64,000 nt of DNA from Macrostomum lignano (lineage: Eukaryota): assembly GCA_002269645.1 (NCBI GenBank), contig NIVC01001942.1:62001-126000 (forward strand), written 5' to 3'. Positions 1-11,119 of this stretch are shown here, piece after piece; position 1 is the first letter of the stretch; each line of letters starts with the position of its first letter. The notes under the pieces are model-generated. The model was not told the origin of the DNA, did no database searches, and saw nothing but the letters and a program-made list of their open reading frames with translations. The translations under genes and the position numbers were made by a program.

Positions 1-235
1 CACGATTTGTGTCCTTGAGCAAGACACTTAACTCTGCATTGCTTCAGTTCACCCAGCTGTAAAATGGGTGCCAGAATTAGCTGGGGTAATTGAGGGTGCG
101 TGTGGCGACCCCCCAGTCCTTGGACTGAACAGCCGTACGCAGCCTTTAAATGCGCCGCGCAATAGCTGCGGCTGAGCTGTCGGTTGCACATCTGGCCCAA
201 TTGGGACAGGTAATTCATTATTGCTTTTATTATAA
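1..235 (+). mobile_element. SINE family 1 (CORE/MIR-like), 5' head outside window
   Basis: Reverse complement of 830-1092 and 37580-37855; body GTGTCCTTGAGCAAGACACTTAAC...CAGCTGTAAAATGGG; AT-rich tail. Confidence 0.8.
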
Positions 236-377
236 TCATTAATGTACTTTAAGATGGTCGCTTTTACAACTCAAAACTTTCAACAATGTCGAAGCACAAT
301 GCGGAGATAGGAGACTCCCAAAGCCGAAAATTTGCTAATGTCAAAATATCTAAACTCATTCGACTTTTACTACTCAC

Positions 378-1665
378 CTATCCAAGCAATCGGGCAGGCT
401 CTGCTGCCTGACGCTAAAATAAAACAGCGTCTGCTCGGCATCAGTCCAAGCGTTGCTGCTGCCGCCGCATTCCTGTACAAACGCGTCGAACCCGTTCTCG
501 TCAGGATACTTGGCCGAGCCCATGAACACCATGTGCTCCAGGCAGTGGGCCAGGCCGGGCAAATCCGGATCGTCCTGGGCGTTGCCGCTGCCGACGCAAA
601 CAGCGGCGGCCGACAGCTTGGCAGTGCGGACCCGCTGGCTGCGCCTGGCCTCGGCCAGGCCGTCTCGATCGCCGCGTTCGCGATTGGCGACTGCCTCGAC
701 CTCGCTGTCCTGCGCGTCTTCGTCTGGGTTCGACTCTTCACCGGTTTCTTCCTGGTTCTGCTTTTGGGGATCAAGGGAGTTGGGATTTCTCAGGGGCTAT
801 AATATAATGATTTAATAATTGATTACACCTGCCCTAATATGCAGATGTGCAACCGACAGCTCCGCCGCAGCTATTGCGCGGCGCATCTGAAGGCTGCGTA
901 CGGCTGTTCAGTCCAAGGACTGGGGGGTCGCCACACACACCCTCAATTACCCCAGCTAATGCTGGCACCCATTTTACAGCTGGGTAAACTGAAGCAATGC
1001 AGAGTTAAATGTCTTGCTCAAGGACACAAATTGTTCCGAGTGGGTCGAGAATCGAACCCAAGACCGACGCTCTAACCACTAGGCTATACAACCCTGCTAG
1101 GTGTCTATACATGTCCAAACTGACAGCTGAGTGAGTGACTACAGTTCATCATTGAGTGAGTGACTGCTGTTCATCATTGAGAGAGTGACTGCTGTTCATC
1201 ATTGAGTGAGTGACTGCTGTTCATCATTGAGTGAGTGACTGCTGTTCATCATTGAGTGAGTGACAATTTCCCTCCTTCACGCACAATTACCTGATCATTG
1301 TAATCAGATGGTCCATCGTCTTCATTATCCAACGCATTGTCGGCATCCTCAGACGTTGTCACCTCAATCCCGCTATTGCTCATACTTGAGTTGGCATTCT
1401 CACCGTCGCCATTTTGTTCGTTGCGTCGACGCCGACGTCGACGTCGGCCAGGATCTTCGTCGTAGTCCTCGTCGGCCGACAGGATGGCGCTAACTTCAAC
1501 CATGGCGTCCAGCGGCTCGACTGTGGACTTGCGACGCTTAACAGTTGGCAAATTGGCATCGTCGGGCTCATGAATCAGCAGCACTAGGAGGCCGTTGTCA
1601 AGCAGGATGCGCCTGGCATGGTTTGGCAAGTGAATTTGAAACTTTCCTACTATGTGCACATACAT
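378..1665 (-). CDS. NRDC: Nardilysin (M16A metallopeptidase), first two visible coding exons; gene continues left of the window
   Basis: Exons 1665-1291 and 796-378, phase 0 junction (CAG|gtaatt ... tatag|CCC). Shows RILLDNGLLVLLI, an acidic insert, and LSAAAVCVGSG...PGLAHCLEHMVFMGSAKYPDENGFDAF (HxxEH). The start codon is uncertain. Confidence 0.88.
830..1092 (-). mobile_element. SINE family 1, near full length, in NRDC intron
   Basis: Minus strand has A box TAGCCTAGTGG, B box GGTTCGATTC, a CORE-like domain and tail GTGTAATCAATT followed by ATT-rich sequence. Confidence 0.82.
1125..1263. repeat. 25-bp minisatellite in NRDC intron
   Basis: About 5 copies of GAGTGAGTGACTGCTGTTCATCATT. Confidence 0.9.
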
Positions 1666-2752
1666 GTGCCATGCCAGTGAAATTTATACATTTTTACATG
1701 GACAAATGAAGTAGGACACTATAATACATTTTCTTAGAAATGAACTAAAGGCTGGTAAGGAACAGATATTTATCATATTTCGAGTACATTTAATATACTC
1801 TAGAGAATTCATAGTGTTAAATAGGCTTTAGCAATAGAAAATTTGGTAAATCCTATATACTAAAAATAAAAATCTAATTCCAATCCAATCAGGATACAAT
1901 GCGCCTTCTATCCCTCTGCTTAACATCATATCTTCACTAGAGCAACAGTTACTCATAAAAATCTTGAACACAATTGTATTCAGTTATGAGAAAAATATTA
2001 CTAGAGTAAAAATAGTATCTATAGCAATGTCATAGAACTCAAAGGACATAATAGCAAGTGCCTTATAGGAAGAATTTGTAATTCTATGTATAAAAGATTA
2101 TATATAAATATACTAAGGTAGAATCTAGAAAGCATTGTATCTACTATGTCAATGCCTTTCAAAACTTTGCTAACATTATTATCACTTGCTTTGGCAGCAA
2201 CCTTGATTTAAGATTTGAAGTATATATTGCAAAGTATAAGATATATATTCTTAGATATTTCCAAAGCATTAAAGGTGCTTGATATTTTCATTTAAAGAAA
2301 GATATCTTTAAAGTAAACCTATAGTATATAGCCTAAAATTTTTTATGCATATAATGCATAGTATAGAAATTCTATAATTTTAGTATAGAATTTTTTAGGC
2401 TTTATAGACAGGTTCCTGGACACTTTGTCATCTAACCACCTTGTCATCTCGATGACAAAGTGACCATGGTTTTTGGATGCTTTGTCATATGAGCTATCAA
2501 AAAAATGTTAGTAAATCTAGATGACAAAGTGACTAAATTTTGAGGACACTTCGTCATCCCAAGATTTAGCAAGGCTGTAAATTGTTATTCGATTGTTATT
2601 GTTTTAAATTGTTACTCAATCAATTTAGTCTGTAAAATATAGGATTAAATACATGCTTAGAGATTCAACTTGTCGCTATAATTGGCATCCAATGTAAACA
2701 ATGTATACGCAGTTTGCATATGCACGCTTTAATGTAAGAGTACGTACATGTA

Positions 2753-3744
2753 CAAGGGGTGTCCAAAAAGTAGTAATACTTTTAACCGTAGCTCTCATTC
2801 TATAGCTTCCTGAGATTTAAAATTTTATGAACTGATAGCGGCAAATCTCTTCTACAGACTGCTTTTTGAATTTTTAAAATTGATACCAGAGAACAAAATT
2901 TATACCCATGAAAGTAACAGTACCTGTACCATAAAGCTACACAAACTATATCAAAATTTATAATAGTCAACTTCTGCACTCATTTATTAAGAAGGCAATG
3001 ATAAATGTCTTGTTTAAGCAATATTACAGCCCAATTGCAAAATGATGCTCACTGTGACTGACTGAAATTTGTCTATGGACGGGATCATGTGCAGAAAAAT
3101 AAAGCATTAAATTCATTACTTTACTTGCAAACAGAGGAGCTTGCATTTTGTGATTTGTTCATGATTTCATTGCCCATACTCGACAACACACATGGATGTG
3201 CACTCAGTTGTTGCTTAGCAAAGTACGATCTTCACTCTTTGGGGCGCTGGTCATAGTGCCTCAGCAATTCACGCAAAACTTTGCTCTGCGCATGGATCCT
3301 CTGCAGTCAGCAAAATGACAGTTTATCGATGGATGGAGCAGTTCAGCAAGGGAAGGAGTGACTTGGCAGATGAGCATTGGACAGGGCATAGATACGTTCA
3401 TCGATCTGATGTACTGGTGGATTCCATTCTGAATCTTCTTGACAAGGACTCCCGAATGACCATTAGAGAGATTGCTAACAGGTTGAACAAGCCAAAATCA
3501 ACAATTCATCGAAGCTTACTTGGCATGGATCTCGTGAAGCTTAGCCTATAATTTGTGTAACTCTATGGTACATATACTGTTACTTTCATGGGTATAAGTT
3601 TTGTTCTCTGGTATCAATTTTAAAAATTCAAAAAGTAGTCTGTAGAAGAGATTTGCTGCTATCAGTTCATAAAATTTTAAATCACAGGAAGCTATAAAAC
3701 GAGAGCTACAGTTAAAAGTATCACTACTTTTTGGACACCCCTCG
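2753..3744 (+). mobile_element. Non-autonomous mariner derivative with ~195-bp inverted ends, inside the MULE
   Basis: TA TSD; termini C(G/A)AGGGGTGTCCAAAAAGT; internal HTH fragment (TVYRWMEQFSKGRSDLADE...MTIREIA...KSTIHR). Confidence 0.82.
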
Positions 3745-5549
3745 TAGATACTAGTGCTCATTGTAATTTTATTCATGTTCAAACTTGCCAAGCACTAATA
3801 ATTATTTTTGCTTCCTTGCTAAAGCCTAAAATTGGCATTATCACTTCTACAACCCAGGGGAGGCAACAAAGTATGTGGCCATGGATTTCTCCTTGCTCCA
3901 CCTGCAGGGACTTAACCAACCCTTGAATCACAACCCCATACAATCTGAGCTAGAGTGATGTTACATAATGGATTTCTCCTTGCTCCATCTTCAGGGACTT
4001 AACCAACCCTTGAATCACAACTCCATACAATCTGAGCTAGAGTGATGTTACGTAATGGATTTCTCCTTGCTCCACCTTAAGGAACAGATATTTATCATAT
4101 TTCGAGTACATTTAATATGCTCTAGAGAATTCATAGTGTTAAATTGAAATTAAAAGTGTTTAGGGACTTAACCAATGGCACATTGTCATGTACACGAATG
4201 ACCAAGCAACACTCCTATCATCCCGCAGCCTATGGTTAATAGACGGCACATTCGACATAGTGCGTCTACCATTCAAACAGCTATATTCGATCCATTGTTA
4301 TTTGCACCAAGGCACTACTTTGAAGAACATTCTGCTTACATTTGCTTTGACGTCAGGGAAGTCTTGCATGATTATAATTCTATCTTTAATTTACTTAAGA
4401 ATATAATTGGAGGCCAGACAGGTCCTTAGTCATGCGTGCTTGATTTTGAAGCTGCTGTCTAGCAGTCACTGCACTGTTTTTCCTTGTGCTAAATTGCAAG
4501 GCTGCCTATTCCACTACTCCCCAAGCAATTTTTCGTCTTATACAGCACATGGGCCTCTAGCAAGCCTATCTCGAGGACCCTGGCATGCAAAAATTCTGCC
4601 ACTTGCTGATGGCGCTGCCTTATCTGCCAGGCAAACACATGGCTGATAGGCTTGCCCAGGTTATTGCTGGTGTTCAGTCTCCAGAACTACTTGACCTTGC
4701 CAAGTACGTCACCAGCACCTGGCTGGATAGCCTGGTGCATAGTGTCCAAGAGATAAGCATGTTTGTCCAGTCAATTCAAACTAACAACGAGTGCAAAGGC
4801 TGGCACTGGCAACTGAAGCAGCGGGCAAAGCACACCCAGCTGACTCTGTATCCGCTAATGGAGTTGCTGCACAAGGAAGCCGAGCTTGTGCTAGTTTATG
4901 CCTCCCTGGTGCACAAGCAAGGAGCCCAAGAGCATCAATGCAATTTGCATTACTAGCAGCTGCAGGAGTCTGCAGAGCGCAACTGGGCTAAATATTGAGC
5001 TGGCAAACTCTCCATCCATAGCTTCCTCCTTAGCTGCTCTCACCTGGGTCACATCCCTCAGTTCAATGGTCAAGTGCAAGGCCATCAATGACTTAATGAG
5101 TATATATTAAAAGTACATAAGTTCTTGCTTGATTTTTAAAATCAGCCATGGAATTATTCTATTTGGAAAAATCATACTTGCAAATTGTGCAACTTTGAAA
5201 TTTTACTCAGCTATATTTTTTGCATAATACTAGCTGGTACTATTAATTCTGCAGTAATTTAAATTTATAGGTCTTAATGCTCTTTGTGCTTTGTGAACTT
5301 TGTGATCTTTGTGCCTATATGTAGCTACAAATTATGGTATTTAACAACTATCTTTGTGGGTCGTAACTCTGCCATTATTTAGTCCATCATAATGTAAAAG
5401 GAGGAGGGCAACTATATGTAGATACATTTACATGTATAATGTATAATCTTTATCTTTATATATGTAGTTGCATGTACAAGTATATATGTTACATATAACA
5501 AAGTTTTCAAAGTTTTTCATACAGAAAGTGGATGACAAAGTGTCCACAT

Positions 5550-6135
5550 CCATAGTCAGGATCATGTCATAGTATATGCCAGAATAAAAAGTAACCTAAA
5601 AAAATCTATGCCACTTCATACTGAAACGTACGCCAAGGTCCTAGGAACTTACGTCAGGTTTTTTAGGCTTTGCGACAATAAATGACCTTTTTTGCGTGTT
5701 ACACTTTTTAACAATAAAAATTTAACAAATGTGTGGTTTTCATTTAAAGTAAATTGGCTTACAGATAATGCCAACAAAAATCAATTTCTAGTTTGTTTTT
5801 TTTAGAAAATTAACATGATTAGTTTGCGTGGAATTTTAAATTTTTATAAATCACAAGTAGTTATGAATTTTCATCTTACAAGTTTTACGGTTTTTATGAT
5901 TTTATAATAAGATTCTAAGGTTATGGCGTTATGCTAACAATTGTTAATATTAACTTTGGCATGAAGGTTGGAGTTGGCATACGCTGCTTGGCGTATTTAC
6001 GCCACGGGGTCATGCCAAAAGGTACGCCAAATATATTTTGCCTCATTTTTTATGCCAATTGTAAAACAAAAAAAAGTTAAATTTTCAATTGTACACCAGA
6101 AATTTCAGGCATAAAGTATATCATCCTGACTATGG
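5550..6135. mobile_element. Non-autonomous TIR element with 8-bp TSD (hAT/P-like), inside the MULE
   Basis: Termini CCATAGTCAGGAT...ATCCTGACTATGG; flanks GTCCACAT (5542-5549) and GTCCATAT (6136-6143). Confidence 0.65.
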
Positions 6136-6903
6136 GTCCATATTAGTAATATGGATGATGAAGTGGTAAGATGATGAAGTGTCCAACAATAAGAGTGGAT
6201 GACAAAGTGTCCAGGAACTATATAGACATAGCATAGGTTTACTTTAAAGGTAAAAGAAAATATGAGCTTTTTTGAGCTTTAACTATACATCAAAATTATA
6301 TAGATTATAGATATAATCTTTAAGGTAAAAGCCCATATAGCACTAAAACAACTATGAAATTTTCTGAGCCTTCAGATTTTTAAGTGTCTTAAGACCAGCT
6401 TATATAACTACTAGAAAAGCAAAAAGTATAACCTGTACTTTAATTTGATTGTCTTAAATTTTAAATTAAATCAAAGCTAGTAAAATCCATGCCTATATTA
6501 TAAGATATATGATAGCACAAATGGCACTGCTGTATTTATATATTATTTATGCAAACTTTTAATATAGCGACTTTGCTATTTCCAGTGTCACAACCAGAAA
6601 ATTAATGAAAGGGCATATCCTAAGACAGAAGTGGGATAAAGACTGAAAGGGGCAGAGGGGCAAAACTTGCATTTTGGCAAAATTTTACTTGGAACCCCTT
6701 GAAATTTTTTCTGGGTCTCCATCAAATGTGGGCGGAAACAATTTTTTTATCATTTACTCCAGACTTCGAGACTTGTCACTTGACTTGGGAAGGTTGCTAA
6801 ACAGTAAATCAAGATCACCTCACCTGTATTTCTTCTTATCAGATTCACTGATGATAAACTCTCCTTGACGCAAAAAATCATAATTTTCTACTATTTGCAT
6901 TAA

Positions 6904-7389
6904 AATCTTTAGCAGCTGGCAGATCCCAAAAAGATCGTCTATGCTAACGGCCTATACTGTGGGTTAAACTTTTTCTTCGAAAATTCGACGAAAAAAGATA
7001 TATTCAAAATAGTTTAAAAAATACATGGAAGCCTAATTATAACAATAATTTTTACATTTTAATACGCTTAAACCTCATCAACAAAGTTTAGTCGTGCTTC
7101 TGGGTATATCTTCTGGACAAAATATATAAGTTTAGACGTATTTAATAATCTTTAGCAGCTGGCAGATCCCAAAAAGATCGTCTATGCTAACGGCCTATAC
7201 TGTGGGTTAAACTTTTTCTTCGAAAATTCGACGAAAAAAGATATATTCAAAATAGTTTAAAAAATACATGGAAGCCTAATTATAACAATAATTTTTACAT
7301 TTTAATACGCTTAAACCTCATCAACAAAGTTTAGTCGTGCTTCTGGGTATATCTTCTGGACAAAATATATAAGTTTAGACGTATTTAAT
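6904..7389. repeat. 243-bp tandem duplication
   Basis: 6904-7146 and 7147-7389 read identical by eye. Confidence 0.85.
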
Positions 7390-7627
7390 AAGTATAGGGC
7401 CTAAGCAAAAAGTAAATTTGATTCCCCTGCCTCTGGATCCGAGCTCGTTCTCTAGCTGCCCGCCTTTAATCACTTTGAACAGTTTTAGCTAGGCCCATTG
7501 GTCGCGTAATTTGATGGCATTATTTGATGGCAGTGTGAACTGTGAACAAGCCTTTACTCCACCTTGTGTTATTGATCGTAGCCATATGCCTATGTATCAA
7601 TATCAATATGATAGACCTATATATAAA

Positions 7628-8219
7628 GGCAGTGCTTATCCCCACGGTACCGTAGGAATAATTTCTGTCTTATTCCAACGGTACCGTGGGGATAATTTTC
7701 TGCTTATCCGCACGGCACATTGACGAGATAGCTGCCCCATCTTCTACATATGCCGTGGGAATAATTTTCTGCTTATCCGCACGGGTGAATTGTTGAAGCA
7801 ATGCAATAATCTATACAAACAAATTGAGAATTTACATGTCTAGTAAGAAGTCTACAGAAGCAGCGGCAATGGACTTTTCGGGGATGTCGGGATTAGACTA
7901 GTTGCTAAAAGTTCCTAAATTGTAAACAATTACTAGAGCAATTCATCTTAAATCATACGTCATAAATACAAAAAAGTGTTTTTTTGCGTAAAAAGGCCAT
8001 TAAATCTTTACTTCTATCAAAATAATAGCCAAGCAAAGTTATGTTGTTATATTGCACTCAAACCGTAAGTACTAAACTAAATTATGAACCCACGGCATAT
8101 GTAGAAGATAGGCAGCTATCTCGTCAGTGTGCCGTGCGGATAAGCAGAAAATTATCCCCACGGTACCGTTGGAATAAGACAGAAATTATTCCTACGGTAC
8201 CGTGGGGATAAGCACTGCC
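7628..8219. mobile_element. Young MULE-type MITE
   Basis: ~130-bp TIRs starting GGCAGTGCTTATCCCCACGGTACCG; perfect 9-bp TSD ATATATAAA (7619-7627 and 8220-8228). Confidence 0.85.
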
Positions 8220-8760
8220 ATATATAAATTATGGTCTATCTTCCAAATCTTCATCTGTTAGGCTAATGTATTTCTAAATAAATATTCCAGAACTTTTAAT
8301 GAGATTTAGTTCTATTTAATATATGGCCTACTTGACTTGACTTAGTAAAGTCAAAGTCAAAGTATAAATGTTTGCCTATTTATTAGTATTATTAGTATAG
8401 TAGGCCACCTAGGGTAGGCTGCTTATCAATGCTCATGTCTCATCATGTGCAAACCAATTAATTAATAGAATCATAGGGCCTTAGTTAGACCTTACTAGAT
8501 CCTTAACTAGATCCTTAATTAGTTAGATCCTTAACTATGAATGATAGTTAGAGCAGAAATTTTGGAATAGGCCCTAATGTTGCATTATTTTATAACAGTA
8601 TCCTTGGCAATCAATGCACTTGCCATTGGCATTGGTTGTGTAGCACCCAGATGCCATTGGCATTGGTAGCCTATAGAACTCAGCCAGTTGGTCCTCTAGC
8701 CACTAGTTGGCAAAGGTGATAACCTCTTTGTTAGACTTAAAATGATACCTACAAAATGGC

Positions 8761-9731
8761 GGCATTCCTTCGGTTTACGATCATTTTTCCACCCACATTT
8801 CAGTTCACGATCCCCATGTAATTTTTCATATAAATGATCATAGCTTGCTTGAAATAAACAAAAATTGTTAAACTGAGCTTATTCGTTACATTAGAAAAAA
8901 CTAAACGGAATAGCCAACAAATGGTTTCTTTCATGGCATGGCGATGACGAGGATCCTATATATCCACTTTGGTTTACGATCATTTAAATAAAAGAGATAC
9001 ATGTAAATGATCGTGAACCGAAGCTAGCGTATGTGTGTAACGGGGTTTTGGTGTTTTACAAGCTCTATCTGAAATCAATCACTATCTCAATACATGGCTA
9101 GCTTCGGTTCACGATCATTTACATGTATTTTTTCCATTTAAATGATCGTGTACCGAAGCTGAGGGGGGTGTCGAAGACATATGTAGTCATATATTTATTT
9201 GGTGGCTTGTTGGCGATTGAAATGTCATCTTGAGTTAATGTGCGCTCCCAAGTAACTTGATGCTTTATTATTCTCTGCACGCTGCCACCCCCCTCAGCTT
9301 CGGTTTACAATCATTTAGATGTAAGCAATACATATAAATGATCGTGAACTGAAGCTAGCCATGTATTGAGATAGTGATCGATTTCAGATAGAGCTTGTAA
9401 AACACCAAAACCCCCTTACACACATACGCTAGCTTCGGTTCACGATCATTTACATGTATCTTTTCCATTTAAATGATCGTAAACCAAAGTGGATATATAG
9501 GATCATCTTTGGATTCTTGGAACTGTGAAATGGATCACTATAACCCCTTTGCCTTCTTTTTTTCATTTGAACATGCAGCTAGTGTTATGATGGATAAATA
9601 AAAAGGATTGGAGTGCTTGTCTACACTGTTTTTTTTTGCATTTTGATGAAATAAACAACAATTTTGTATCTTCCCTATCTTTCCAATGGGGATCGTCACT
9701 AATTTCAATGATCGTAAATTGAAGGAATGCC
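8761..9731. mobile_element. Foldback/MULE-like non-autonomous element with internal inverted repeats
   Basis: Outer TIR GGCATTCCTTC(GG/AA)TTTACGATCATT; flanks AAAATGGC/AAAGTGGC; inner inverted pair ~8953-9130 vs ~9337-9502; repeated motif GCTTCGGTTCACGATCATTT. Confidence 0.7.
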
Positions 9732-9970
9732 AAAGTGGCCACTTGAGCCAAGCCTTAATAGAATAAATAGAAATTAGGTGCTAGTACCAAGTCTAATAAA
9801 TAGGCTAGATCTTGATAAGAAAAAATTTCGAATATTTTGTAAGTCTAGCCATTTTATCTAGACTAGACTATATATTGTTCATATCTTATAAGCTTGCTAA
9901 AATTAAAATATAGGCCTATCTTTATAAATAATATTAAAAAAGAATAGTATATAAAAGTAATTGAACTATA

Positions 9971-10280
9971 ACCCGCATAGCAAAATTATGTATCCAATAA
10001 AAAGTGGGACATCTCCAATATGCAACTTTTTTGGTTATAGGAATATCCTTGATATGAATCCAATTTTTTATGATCCTTTAAAAAAGCTTGTTTCTACAAA
10101 AATGGTGAACAGATAATGCTTGTAATTTTGTTGATTATTTATTCCACCATTTTTGTAAAAACAAGCTTTTTTAGAGGATCATAAAAATTGGAAATGTATC
10201 GAGGATGTTCCAGCAACCAAAAAAGTTATATATCAGAGACATCCTACTTTTTATTGGATACATAATTTTGCTATGCGGGT
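9971..10280. mobile_element. Palindromic MITE
   Basis: Arms ACCCGCATAGCAAAATTATGTATCC... at 9971-10115 and 10137-10280. Confidence 0.75.
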
Positions 10281-11119
10281 AATAGGCCTATGGAGCACCT
10301 AAAATATAAGGGATATACAATAAGTTTAGGATGCACAAAGTAGGAAGGTGATGTACTTATTTTGGCATAGTAAGTATTATTATTTCAAACAAATTTTTCT
10401 ATAAAGATTATGCTGCATATACAAAAAGCTAATATACCCCTTGACATAGAATTCACAATGGAGCTCAATAAAAGCCATTGTAGAGAAAATTATTTATTAT
10501 GATTACAAAAGTGGTTTAAGGTAATAAAAGAGCTTTGAGGGACTTAAAATGGCTTTTGACAATGAAGCACTTCCTAGGACCATAGTTTTTGAATAGTTTG
10601 TTAAATTTTGATATTGCCAATAGTCTAGATGATAAAGAGCATAGCAGCTGGCCTATCTCTATAGCAAGCAAAAAGAATATTGCTTTTATTTGGGCCATGA
10701 TTGAGGATGATGCCAGGGTAACTGTGGCCCAAATAAAGGCAAAAATGGGCACTTCATTAGGAACTATCTGCGCAATATTGCATTCAAGGCTCAACCTGAG
10801 CAAGATTTCTATATGATAGGTGCCTCATCACCTGATAGAAAGCAAATAAGACTCATATGGCTCTTTACCATGCTATGCTCAACAGATTTAATGGTAGCCA
10901 CTCAAACTTAGTCTAGGAAATTGTCAGTGATGACATCCTAGATCTATAGTTTTAACCCATTGACTAAGCAATACTTGACTATTGACCTAGTAGACACTAG
11001 TTAGAGGTGCTGTACCATTGAAGCTGCAGTGAAAGTGCAGTATGTCAAAGCAAATGGTGGCCATTTTTGTAACAAGAGCTGGTCATATAGCAACCATGCA
11101 ACTTGTGCAGTAGCACATA

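Larger units (their letters stand above)
2411..6219 (+). mobile_element. Decayed Mutator/MULE DNA transposon with nested insertions
   Basis: TIR GGTTCCTGGACACTTTGTCATC at both ends; 9-bp TSD TTATAGACA/ATATAGACA; transposase remnants at ~3760-5110 (WLIDGTF, LDFEAAV*Q, QGCLFHYSQAI, TNNECKGWH). Confidence 0.8.
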
